Source: Phoronis australis
Lineage: Eukaryota; Animalia; Phoronida
DNA length: 64,000 nucleotides
Reading direction: 5' to 3'
Assembly: GCA_002633005.1 (NCBI GenBank)
Contig: NMRA01000163.1
Location: forward strand, 710,884-774,883
Both the position numbers and the translations under genes were made by a program. The notes beneath the pieces were generated by a model that made no database searches, had not been told where the DNA came from, and saw nothing but the letters and a program-made list of their open reading frames with translations. Positions 27,224-39,157 of this stretch are shown one piece after another (positions within the stretch are counted from its first letter, which is position 1; every line of letters begins with the position of its first letter).

Positions 27224-29693
27224 AAACAAGAGCAACGCAGAGCGTTGAAATGCGCCCACAATTGCACCGCATACGGTATCCTTCTAGGGTTGTTTATTGG
27301 TACCATAAAGTGGCTAGTAGAGGGCATATATGTGGTATGTTGTACTTTGCAAAATGGAAAGGCATGGTCCTTGTCTCCTCAATAGGCTAGGGGCAAAATG
27401 TGAGCAATCTTCATAATACAAGCACATCCTATACACCAGTTGCTTAAAGCACCACAGAAACATAGCATTAAAAACAAATTTACCAGCATACGAGATTAGC
27501 ACAGCATTAGAATGCCAGAAACAAATTTCTACTTGGAACTTTTCCTTCATAGTCACGAAGTAACACAAAGTACACACCTGAAGAAAATACAGAGGTCAAT
27601 GTAAAATACTAAAATTGCCACTAGAGGCAAATACTAAAATTGCCACTAGAGGAATACCGGTAGTCAGAATCATCCTAAAGTCGTCATCGTCCGTTGTCAA
27701 CATCACATAAATACACTTGCTAAATTTAGTAAAGATCCTGCAAACGGTTTGGGAGATACAGCCATGGGCGCAAAAAAACAAAACTGCCACTAGGAGGCGC
27801 CACAGTAGTCCAAATCGTCTGAAAATCATTGTCAGCTGTCTTCCTTATAGTAAGCACATACACGCCAATTTTCACAATCATCCTTTGAGCGGTTTGGTTG
27901 ATAGAGGGGTGGACGCAAAAATACAGACTCGAAAACAGTAAAAATGGCCACTAGGTGGCGCAAACTACGTCGAATCCATCTGAAAACAGTAGGATAGCGT
28001 CATCTCACTAATAGGTGCCTACATACCAAATTTCATGAAAATCCGTTCAATACTTTTGAAGATACAAAGGTAAGCGTAAAAAACTAAAATTGCCACTAGG
28101 GGGCACACCGGTAGTCGGATCCGACCAAAAGTCGTCATCTTCCGTTGTTAACATCATATAAATATACTTACACAATTTGTAAAGATCCTGCGAACGGTTT
28201 AGGAGATACAGCCATAGGCGCAAAAAAACAAAACTGCCACTAGGAGGCGCCACAGTAGTCGAAATCGTCGGAAAATCATCGTCAACCATCCTCTACATAG
28301 TAAGCATATACATGCCAATTTTCACAATCATCCTTTGAGCGGTTTGGTTGATAGAGGGGTGGACGCACAAAAACAGACTCGAAAACACTAAAAATGGCCA
28401 CTAGGTGGCGCAAACTATGTCGAATCCATCTGAAAACGGGAGGATAGCGTCATCTCACTAATAGGTGCCTACATACCAAATTTCATGAAAATCCAATAAG
28501 GACTTGTGAAGATACAAAGGTAAGCGTAAATAAACTAAAATTGCCACTAGGGGGCACACCGGTAGTCGGATCCGTCCAAAAGTCGTCATCTTCCGTTGTT
28601 AACATCATATAAATATACTTACACAATTTGTAAAGATCCTGCGAACGGTTTAGGAGATACAGCCATAGGCGCAAAAAAACAAAACTGCCACTAGGAGGCG
28701 CCACAGTAGTCGAAATCGTCGGAAAATCATCGTCAACCGTCCTCTACATAGTAAGCATATACATGCCAATTTTCACAATCATCCTTTGAGCGGTTTGGTT
28801 GATAGAGGGGTGGACGCACAAAAACAGACTCGAAAACACTAAAAATGGCCACTAGGTGGCGCAAACTATGTCGAATCCATCTGAAAACGGGAGGATAGCG
28901 TCATCTCACTAATAGGTGCCTACATACCAAATTTCATGAAAATCCAATAAGGACTTGTGAAGATACAAAGGTAAGCGTAAAAAAATTAAAATTGCCACTA
29001 GGGGGCACACCGGTAGTCGGATCCGTCCAAAAGTCGTCATCTTCCGTTGTTAACATCATATAAATATACTTACACAATTTCGTAAAGATCCTGCGAACGG
29101 TTTAGGAGATACAGCCATAGGCGCAAAAAAACAAAACTGCCACTAGGAGGCGCCACAGTAGTCGAAATCGTCGGAAAATCATCGTCAACCGTCCTCTACA
29201 TAGTAAGCATATACATGCCAATTTTCACAATCATCCTTTGAGCGGTTTGGTTGATAGAGGGGTGGACGCACAAAAACAGACTCGAAAACACTAAAAATGG
29301 CCACTAGGTGGCGCAAACTATGTCGAATCCATCTGAAAACGGGAGGATAGCGTCATCTCACTAATAGGTGCCTACATACCAAATTTCATGAAAATCCGTT
29401 CAGGACTTTTGAAGATACAATAAAAAAATAAAATTGCCACTAGGGGGCACACCGGTAGTCGGATCCGTCCGAAAGTTCGCACATGCCGTCCCATTCATGA
29501 ATGGAACATAGGTGCCAAATTTCATGAACGTATGTCAAAGGGTTTTGGAGATAGAGCAGCGGACGCCGGACGCCAGACGCCGGACGCCGGACGGACGCCG
29601 GACGGACGGACGGACGGACGGACGGACGGACGGACGGACGGACAGAGATGACGGCATAATGCGTCCACATATAAATATGTGGGCGCATAAAAA
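27224..29693 (-). mobile_element. Helentron-associated non-autonomous element (HINE/DINE-1-like) with internal tandem array
   Basis: Subterminal inverted repeat ATGCGCCCACA (27250-27260) and TGTGGGCGCAT (29678-29688). 14-bp hairpin at 29659-29688, (GTCC)n microsatellite at 29559-29645, central tandem repeats, short hairpin CAACGC-AGA-GCGTTG (27233-27247) and T-rich ends on the minus strand. This is the DINE-1/HINE layout. Confidence 0.85.
27605..29530 (+). repeat. Higher-order tandem repeat: about 4.3 units of 450-451 bp, each made of three diverged monomers (144/161/146 bp), every monomer with a CTCF-consensus motif
   Basis: The unit recurs at 27642, 28092, 28543, 28994 and 29436. Motifs are GCCACTAGGGGGCAC, GCCACTAGGAGGCGC and GCCACTAGGTGGCGC. 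Confidence 0.92.
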
Positions 29694-30104
29694 TGAAACA
29701 GTGCAATAGAATTGATAGGTTTTCAAAAGTATTACAAATCGAGGTGGTTTTTAGAAATCAACATGTTTATTTCGCATTTTCCCAGAGGTTTTGCAGTGTA
29801 GGTGTTTGTAACCCAAAAACAATTTTAGTGAGCCCCAATTGGTTTTGTAATAGGCAAAGACCAAAATATGAAATTTCTAAAAAATGCAATGATGAATCAA
29901 AACTGTCAAACCCCTATGAGAAAGTTTTACAGGGACATTGAGTAATGTTAGCATGGTTTGTGCCACACAGCTGTCACTTGTCAACATTTGATCTTTTGAC
30001 CTTGTGTGAAGACATATACTAAGCCTTAATTGAAAAATTTAGGACTTTACTGAGAAAAAAATAAGAACTCTTATTTTACAGAATGAGAATAACTTTCAAA
30101 TTAC

Positions 30105-30441
30105 CTAAATAGTTATCCATTTCAAGTTCTCTTGCATCGTCACTCATGTGAGCCTCTGCTTGCGCAAACCCACCCGTGTTAAACTGGTGAGTATTTCTTG
30201 TTGCCTTAGAACTACCTGCAGCCGCGGCTTCATTGTAATTTGGTAAATTAGTCCTCGAAGATTGATTTGGATCCCCAGTGTCGCTAGATGATTCCTGTTG
30301 ACCTTTAGAGAACCAGTTTTTAATCCCACCAAATATACTTTTAATGTTATTGATATGACGCTGGGATACTGTTAGATTCTTATCAATATCTTGAACTTTT
30401 CTCTCAACGTTGTCAAGCTGTTCACCCTGATGATGAAGTTC
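30105..30441 (-). CDS. SNAP29: SNAP29 exon 2 (end of Qb SNARE motif and linker)
   Basis: ELHHQGEQLDNVERKVQDIDKNLTVSQRHINNIKSIFGGIKNWFSK...DDARELEMDNYL. 337 nt, phase 0 to 1. SQRHIN.IKS.FGG is characteristic of SNAP29. Confidence 0.95.
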
Positions 30442-30817
30442 CTGAAAATTAGAGAAGACAGCTCATCAACCACAATAACGCCAGAACAGAATGTTGTCAA
30501 GAGAAGAAACTTATCAGGATGATTGGAGGCCCAACCAGTAACCTACGAACTAGGACAAGAGCAGCTTTAAAATGAGCCCAAGTTTAAATAACTACCATAA
30601 CTACATTGTAAATGAATCCAAGATTTGGACATAGGCCCAAAAACAACACGCATAGTGCAACTGTGCCTATGTTGTAGCACATGCTTATTTACCATGATTG
30701 TGTAAGAATTGTCAGATCACTGCCTTGAATTGAAGGGATGATATTGTAAACAAGTTTTAAGAATCAAATGTGTACGTGTTATCATAGACCTTAGAAGGGA
30801 TAGATTAGAATAAGAGT

Positions 30818-31380
30818 GCAGTATATAAAACGGTCACTTACTTAGAGACGTGGTTGGTTGTTAGCAGACATTTCGACCTGGTCCGCCAGGTCTTTGTTGA
30901 TGAATGAGAGATTTCCTGCCTTTCACTCGTTAAGAATGCTGGAGTACACGGGGGGTAAGTGGAGTCCTCTGTCCCAGTTCAAGAGGGAGCGCTGACTGTT
31001 GATGTTTATGGCCTCTTTGAGCTTACAAGTATGCCAATTTTGTTCTTTGGCCAGGATCCTGGATGACGCAAGAGAGATGTTGTGCCCAGTCGTCAAAATA
31101 TGTTCCCCCACAGCTGTTGGGTCTGTCTAGTTTCAGATGTTCTTTGAATCTGGTAAGGAACAGTCTCTTGGTTTCTCCAATGTAGGTGTGGAACAAAATT
31201 GGCATACTCGTAAGCTCAAATAGGCCACAAACATCAACAGTCAGCGTCCACTCTTGAATCGGGACAGAGGACTCCACTTACCCCCGTGTACTCCAGCATT
31301 CTTCATTTAAGTGAAACTCGGGAAATCCCTCATTCATCGACAAAGACCTGGTGAACCAGGTTGAAACGTCTGCCATTCCC
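30818..31380 (-). mobile_element. 5'-truncated Penelope-like retroelement with GIY-YIG endonuclease remnant and inverted pLTR
   Basis: YIGETKRLFLTRFKEH...(AV)GEHILTTGHNI...RILAKEQNW...KLKEAI.I...LNWDRG is the PLE GIY-YIG pattern. 31191-31373 is an inverted copy of 30864-31045. Flanked by the 12-bp direct repeat TAGAATAAGAGT (30806-30817 and 31381-31392). Confidence 0.88.
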
Positions 31381-31654
31381 TAGAATAAGAGTCACAGGTT
31401 CAAAATTTAGTGATAAACGAGCCAGGACTGCAGTCTCAACACATATGCAACAGCAGTAAAAACAATACAACCGCACAACCCTTATTCGAATGCCCCAACC
31501 ATGAGATTTTCATTGATCTAAATTTTAAATTTTCCCCAAATGGACATGGATTCACCTAACAACAGGTGGCTAAATGGGCAATTGAATATGAATAACTAAC
31601 ACTGTTGTCCCTCCACACTCATCATGTTTAAGTGGTGCTAAATATCACAGACCT

Positions 31655-32790
31655 ATTCATGTGGAGAATTTCTCCATTACACAGGTCACAGCTCTGAGTC
31701 CCTCAGTCCCAGACAACCTTTAGGATCCCTATTCATCATGCCCTTAGTATTGCTGTAGATCTGAGCTAATGAAGTGGAAAGTTAATAGCTAGCACTACTT
31801 TCTTAACAATGGTGGTCCTTATTACACCCAGATTGTTTTTCTACAGCATTTGCACAGAGTTAAAGCCTGCAATATGGAGAGCAGTTTTAACTTAGTACAT
31901 TAGTACATTTTAAATATTTCAAAAAGATTAAAAATTAATTTGTGTTGATCTTGACAAAGGGCCACTTCCCAAAGGAAGGTTGGTTTCAAATATTTTTCAC
32001 ACCTGTTTTCATTACTTTATTATAATACTAATGTCTACTTGCTTTTTTTTCTTACCGGTTAGGGTTGCTATCTTTTTATTTTGTGTTTGCCCGACGCATC
32101 AAAACAACTTAGAACAGAAGTCATCCCTGAATTTTCCAGATTACAGCTACACCAAACATGTCACAGCATGTCCATTAATTCAAGTTCAATCTTTATCAGA
32201 ACTCAAATCATAAAGTATATACAGACCTGCAAATATAGTGATAGCCAAACTGAAGATTTGGAACATCTGGACAATATAGGTTGCAGTAATTGCATGACTA
32301 TTCTAACTTTTCCTCAGTCATAAAAAATGAAATCACAGCTCTTGCCCACCAATGTAGCTTTGATGTATAATCCACGTGATATTGTTAACTCTGATCAGCG
32401 TTTGTAAATCACCGAGTATATCAATACGCGCGGTAGTTTATCTTCAATCGAACCCAATGTTTGTAGTTTTTAGCTTAATAGTTCATCGATTTTTAAAAAT
32501 AAAAAACCAAATTCCATCTGAATACAGCTGTATTATTTGCTTTTAATGGAAACTGTTGGTTAATGCATTTTGAAAATTCGCCAGTATGTACAGGCAGAGG
32601 TGTTTACTATAGTTTATGGTCGGTAGCACTTAATTGGGTCTTGCTCGCACCGGACAATGTGGTCATCGCAACTGAGTCCGACTCTGGCGCTGCTCTCTCT
32701 TTGATCCCTATAAACGCTGCTCCAAGGGACGAGCAGTGAAAAGTCACGCATATCTTTAGAAATGCGTGAATTTCATGTAAGCCTATTATT
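31655..32790. repeat. About 1.15-kb old repeat; diverged inverted copy at about 51880-53095
   Basis: Colinear reverse-complement blocks, e.g. GATATTGTTAACTCTGATCAGCGTTT (32378) vs AAACGCTGATCAGAGTTAACAATATC (52284); AATTGGGTCTTGCTCGCA; TATCTTTAGAAATGCGTGA. Confidence 0.85.
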
Positions 32791-33265
32791 CACAGCATGT
32801 ATATGTACCTATAAAACAATCTATGAATTTTACCCAGTGTATTCAACGAAATACAAGCTAACGAAGCTGAACTTAAAAAAATAATGACGGCGCTGGAGCT
32901 GGGTGACCATATGCAACATATCAGTGTCTTTAATCTTAGTGTGACTGTCAAGGCTCAACGGCCACGCCTCGGGCTTATAAGCACACTTCAAAACCAGGAA
33001 GTGATGAGTCGTGACTGGAAGACCACGATTACATCCAGTTAGTTATTGTCGATTCGATCAACTGTTCTCGTATTTTGTCTCACAGCACCACAATTGTTAT
33101 TCAGTTGGTCAGTTCAGATGCATGAACGACACGGCGGAAAACCGATTATCTTACCCACCCAAACTGCAGATGTTGGCCTACTTTAACCACTAGAGTCGTA
33201 GACCGAGTCATCGAGAAATGTGTTAAGCTTTGTGACTCACAACGTTAACAACTCGCTTGCCTTAC

Positions 33266-33433
33266 CTCAGCCGTACTAATTCCTATTTGTTCGGATTCAT
33301 GAATACTCTGCAGAGCCCGGTTACAACTATCCAATTGTCGATTTTTTGAAGCTTCGATTTGATCCAAGACTCTTGCCCTCCGAGACTCCACATCAAATTC
33401 ACAATCGTCGTAATCAAAATAAGAATTCGACAT
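33266..33433 (-). CDS. SNAP29: SNAP29 exon 1
   Basis: MSNSYFDYDDCEFDVESRRARVLDQIEASKNRQLDSCNRALQSIHESEQIGISTAE|GTAAGG. 168 nt, phase 0. Joined CDS is 669 nt (222 aa). Confidence 0.93.
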
Positions 33434-35111
33434 TTTTCAGTAGCCTATACGAAGTCAGTAAACAGTTGGGTTGCGTAGTTGTAGTAAATCAAAAGCTGAG
33501 CAAAATGGTAAACATTTTCCCTACTTTCCAAGTGAATTGTAAATGTAATGTTGTTGCATGTACGATTTTAATGTAAACAAGGCATAAAAATGATAACTGG
33601 TATCTAAACTTGAAAAACATGAGAGTTACGGTCTCGCTGGTTCCCTGCGTGCCGCTAGGTGGGGCGGTAGCCGCGCCAGCACGCAGGTATCACTTAAAGA
33701 CATAGTTTCACACCAAAACAACTGCTTTTCAAAACAAATAATAGCACTGTGTGAATCTGTTGCACAGGCTGTTCTTGTCCGAACATCTTGGTTAATGAGA
33801 AAAACCCAGCAGTAATGACCTTTTTCCGACTTCAGCCGAGACGAGAGAACAGGCATAATGTGGTTACATAACTACGGTCTGTGATGTCAAACTCAGGAAG
33901 ACAGCTGTGTATTGCAATGGCTACAAGCAGCCAACCCTCCATTGTCAGCATGCAGTGAGTAAAAAGGGAAACACGTTTTAATTTAACCACTTATATGATT
34001 GAAATTTGAGTGGAGGTGGCAATCTCAAAGACAGAATTTCAAGCACACTTGAAATGGAAGTCTTCTGAAATTGTTTTTTAAATTCATGTGTTAATCTATT
34101 GACAGAAAACAAAACCCAAGGCATCAAGCAATAATACCTGAAGATGCCAATGAACATATCATTTCAGCGTTTCATTACGGCAAGTCAATTCTATCATGCT
34201 TTTGTCACTGAGTCATAGAAACCAAAGAACAAATCAGAGAACGATTATGACTTATTAATCCACAGTTCAATTAAAATCAAGTGCTTTCAGTCGGAATTAT
34301 ATATTTGGCTTCTGCAGTGAAAGACTTTCAAGGTAGTTGAAGGTTCACGCTACTGTACATAAGTCACAACTGTACAGTGCAGTAAAGTTTATATGTGAGT
34401 TAAAATGATCTAATCTTTTACCAAAATAAGTAACTTAGAATGCACAGTATTTTTGAACATTTAAGCATTACAAACGTTATCCAACAACAAGACAAATTTA
34501 CATGATATGAAAATGGATATGCCTAACTATTACCATGGCGACCAGGTATTTCCTTATATTAAAATTCGACAAGCATGATTTGAAAAAAAGTTGCATGTAA
34601 AAAGGATTGGAGGTTGGAAGCTTCGCAATCCAACATGGCCTATTACTCTAATTAAGAGCCTTTATATTTTGGGCCTTAATAAACTGAATTAAGAAAGCAA
34701 AAAGTTACAACGCATGTATTGAAAGAACGATTCAGCTGTACGTAAAATTTAGAAAAATATGAATTATGTTGTGACACATAACCAAACCTTGAAGCGCAAT
34801 TGACTTTAAAAGAAGAAACGATTTCAAAACTTTCCCAATTGTTTTAAAGCTGAGTGTATGGTCAACTGAATGAGATATTCACACTGCAATAATTAGAATA
34901 TTCCTTATGTTTTTGTACAAAAACAAACATTGTGCAAAGTTGCTTTTTGTAGTAGCTTTCCACTAGCCAATAGATCACAGCTACGCCACGAGTGAGCCCA
35001 GTGAAACACCCCCATCTGCTGATCACCATACAACGTGCTGCTTTAGTAAAACTCTTAGGAGAGGTAATGAGACATTATTGGTAATGACTTCATCCTCCAT
35101 GACTGATGGTT

Positions 35112-35333
35112 TTGTTATACCTATTGTATTGCTACCTGAAGCTCACTTCTCTACTTACTATAGTTATAAAAAAGCGGACTCTATTGTTATATGTATTGTA
35201 TTGCTACCTGAAGTTAACCTCTCTACTTACTATAGTTATAAAAAGCGGACTATGTTGTTATATCTATTGTATTACTACCTGAAGCTAACTTCTCTACTTA
35301 CTATACATGTAGTTATAAAAAAGCGGACTCTGT
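35112..35333 (+). repeat. Minisatellite, about 3 copies of a ~70-bp unit (..TACCTGAAG..CTCTACTTACTATAGTTATAAAAAGCGGACT..)
   Basis: Unit visible three times in tandem. Confidence 0.85.
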
Positions 35334-35566
35334 TGTTTTTGATTTCATGACTTGGATGTATACTTTTATTGATCTGAAATGGTATTTTAAGTGTTTGTTT
35401 GGTTTAACACACTTGGGATTTTTAAAGCCCTTTGATTAAAAAATATGCAGATGTTGAGTCTTGAGCCAGGCTGTTAGTTAAAAATGTGGGTGTGGACAAG
35501 TAAACAGTTGTAGGCAGTTAATATGTGTAGATACCTTTAATGTATTTTTGTATTCATTCATTTCAG

Positions 35567-35885
35567 AAAGTTGTTGATTTGCATGAGAATTAAAGTAAGT
35601 CAAGCGGGGATGCCGAAAAGTCTGCACCCAGCGGTCCCTATTGTGCCTGTGACTGTAGAGGGAATTGTCAGTGGAGCTGTCGGATTAGGCATGGCGCCAG
35701 TAACTGCAGCATCTTTGGTGCTACCATCAGAAACCGTAGATAGAGAGACAGTCCACCTAGCGAAATCCCATCCGAGTCGGACGGCCACTGGCGGACATTG
35801 TTGTTTCATGGACCGTAGAGACGTGTAGCGAGTGTGCGTGCAATAAACAGATGTGGCAAGATATCACGGTTCCCGTACGTCAGTA
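35567..35885 (+). pseudogene. Degenerate KolX-like (P2X7 C-terminal-like Cys/His domain) exon
   Basis: Follows a TTTCAG acceptor. Across frameshifts and stops: YCACDCRGNC ... NRR*R / RQST*RN ... GHCCFMDRRDV / SECACNK ... ARY. Spacing is compatible with the recalled WCxCxxC ... YRxF ... GxLGxxxRRxxPxC consensus. Confidence 0.4.
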
Positions 35886-37703
35886 AAAAAGCAATGGTGC
35901 TTTCTGCACTGCCTACGGCTGCAGCAACAGTTAATTTAAATTCGTGACTTATGCTTTTTTGCTTCCTCAATGATTAAGATAGGTGATGTTCATGATTGAA
36001 ACAGAGGATATTCAGTCTGCGTGAAACTGTTGCCAGTCATTCAGTGATGGACTGGGTGATTTTAATTTAATGTCTTTACTGTTTCCTGCGTTTGATTGCT
36101 GATATGGAACATTATCAAAAATTGTTTGCATGATTTTGGGAACTACTGATTAGTTTATTCTATGCCCATTGATGCTTCTAATTACTTTTTTCATTTCGTT
36201 CTGCAGTCTTAATACATTCAGATCTAAAAGATAATTACATTTACTATTATTTACTATTTCTATTATTGTTATTTATCATATATTTGTTTTTATATCTATT
36301 CTTGATTATTTATTATTATCTATTTTTTGTTTATTTGCTACTACTTATTTAAATTATTTCTTGTGATCCCACACAGTCAACATCCTGGCTGTGAGTCGTT
36401 GATCAATAATCTATATTTTATGATCATGATATGGACTTCAATGCATAATTAATATTACTTTTTTGGTTTGGTAACCTACTTGATTATTTGCCATAGGAAG
36501 TGGTGAAGGAAGTGTTCTTTTAAAGGCACATTGAGCCATACATCTGTGAGCTCTTAGATAGTATGTGTAGTACCTTGGAAACTTGTTACACTCCAGTGAC
36601 GATGTCGTTTGTTTAGATTTTTGTTTTGACATGGGTCTTAAAACATCAAGTCAGGAGATAAGGTGTCGTTACTGTATGTTATTTACTTTGAAGTTGGCCT
36701 GCCGACGCAGGCTGAATATGTCTTTAACTAACTGCTGATAGTTGAGTTAAAAACTGTGAATTATTTACTAGAGCTGGAAAGCTTCGTAAAAAATACCCAA
36801 AATGGATTGCGTATTCAATAGGCATCTTGGCTGTTTTATGGGGCATACAAGGCAGGTTTACTGGAATTAAGGCAAGAGTTCCATCTCTTGCTGGTTTGGA
36901 AACCCTACCCCTTTTGCCTCCAGTTTCATTCACCACAACCCACCCCAATTAGCTACTCATTTCAGATACCATCGGGCACGGATGCTTGGGGTCCAGTGAA
37001 TCAGTCCCAAATAGCGACTCCACTGTTCCCTAAAACTACTACGTTTTTGGGAGTTTCCTACGTTGAATTCTCAATATGATTGAAAATAAGAAGGGATCTT
37101 TTCATGCAATGCGCCAAATTTAAGGACCAAGTCCTTAAATGTTTTGACTGAATTAAGAGCTCAGTTTTTAGTTATATTTTTATAAAATGTCATAAGTCAA
37201 AAGACTCGGAGCTCATAATAAAGATAAAATGATAGAAAAATATAAAAACTGTGAGCAAAGAACAAAAAATGCCTAAAAGATTTACCAAGGATCCAGGGTG
37301 GGGGGTCAAAGGCGTCTGGACCCCCCATTTTTCTTGATTGTTGTGATATCAGTGCCCTTATAACAGATATATTACTCACGCATAACAGTTAGTGCAAGAC
37401 TATAGTTTCATTGATTCTGAGTAAAGGAAGTTCTAGAAAATTATATGGTATTACCACTTCCATTATAAGAATTGCATGCTGCTTACCACCGTGGAGTAGT
37501 TTAGTTAGTTCCAATAAACTATTTGACACAGCAAGGCTTATATTCCGAGTTCGTTATATCAGAATATTCCACTGTCGGATAAACAAGTGACCAGTGTTCA
37601 AGAAACAAGTAAGTTGGCAAATGATGAAGTAGGTTACCAAAAGCGAAAGTGAGTGTTTCGCGAACTTGGAATTCCAAGATCCCTCAAGTGATCTTGAGAT
37701 TAA

Positions 37704-39157
37704 AGACATAGTTTCACACCCAAAACAACAGCTTTTCAAAATAAATAATAGCACTGTGTGGATCTGTTGCACAGAGCAGTTCTTGTCCACACAGCTTGGT
37801 TAATGAGAAAAGCCCAGCAGTAATGACCTTTTCCGACTTCAGCCGAGACAATCCTGAGAACAGGCATATGTGGTTAAATAACCGTCTATGATGTCAGACC
37901 AGGAAAACAGCTGTGCATAGCAATGGGTACAAGCAGTCAACGCTCCAAAATTTTGCTTGCTTCATTTGATAATTCCTTTCAATTTCATTTGTTGGCATAA
38001 TTACATTGTTTTTTGCCAAGGAGAAGTAAAGACCAGTGTATCACAGATACTCAAGCCTAATACAAAATATTGCAGTTTACATTTTTTTTCATTTTCAGCA
38101 GTGAGTAAAAGGGGTGACACCTTTTAATTTAACCACGTATATAATTGAAATTTGAGTGGAGGTGGCAATCTCTATGACAGATTTACAAGGATACTTGAAA
38201 TGGAAGTCTTCTGAACATGTTTTTTTTAAAGTTATGTGGAAATCTATTGAATTAATAATAAACCCAAGGCATCAAGAAATATTACCTGCAGATGCCAGTG
38301 AACATATTATTTCAGCCGTTCATTGCGGCAAGTTAATTCTATCATGCTTTGGTCACTGAATCATAGAAGTCAAGGAACAAATCAGTTGACGATTATGATT
38401 TAATCCACAGTTCAAATTAAAATCAAGTGCTTTCAGACGGATCTATATATTTGGTTTCTACAGTGAAAGACTCTCAATGTAGTTCAAGGTTACTGTACAT
38501 AAGTCACAACTCAAGTAATCTCAGTACAGTAAAGATTATATGCGAGTCAAAATGATCTAATCTTTTACCAAAATAAGTAACTTAGAATGCACAGTACATT
38601 AGAAGCATTACAAACCTTATACAACAACAAATTTACATGATATCAGTGGATATGCCTAACTATTACCATGGCGACCAGGTATTTCATTACATTAGAATTC
38701 GACAAGCACGAATTGAAAAAAATAAAAAGGATTGGAGTCTGGAAGCTTCACAATCCAACATGGCCTATTTCTCTAATTAAGAGCTTTTACATTTTGGGCC
38801 TTGATAACTTGAATTAAGAAAGCAAAACGTTACAACGCATGTATTGAAAGAACGATTCAGCTGTACGTAAAATTTAGAAAAATATGAATTATGTTGTGAC
38901 ACATAACCAAACCTTGAAGTGCAATTGACTTTAAAAGAAGAAACGATTTCAAAACTTTTTCAACTATTTTCAAGCTGAGTGTATGGTCACCTGAATGGGA
39001 TATTCACACTGCAATAATTAGAATATTTCTAAAAAATGTTCCACAAAAACATAAACATTGTGCGAAGTTGATTTTTTGTAGCAGCTTTCATCAAAATGTA
39101 TCAAAGCCAAAACTTCACCAAAAACAAAATAGCCGATTGAACATGCCCTTCAGTTCA
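37704..39157 (+). mobile_element. Kolobok-like left arm, copy B
   Basis: Starts TTAA-AGACATAGTTTCACAC; colinear with 33698-34960 and with the reverse complement of 43623-45208. Confidence 0.8.

Larger units (their letters stand above)
33698..36723 (+). mobile_element. Kolobok-like TTAA DNA transposon derivative (copy A) carrying a decayed KolX-like exon
   Basis: TTAA-AGACATAG at the left and ATATGTCT-TTAA at the right. The first ~1.27 kb is shared with copies B and C. A Cys-rich disrupted exon lies at about 35567-35885. Confidence 0.6.

Noticed and set aside
27596-29726. Repeated ORFs and a CRISPR-like look in the tandem array
   Set aside because: The ORFs are by-products of the satellite and (GGAC)n. 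The 'spacers' repeat every third unit instead of being unique, there are no cas genes, and the context is eukaryotic.
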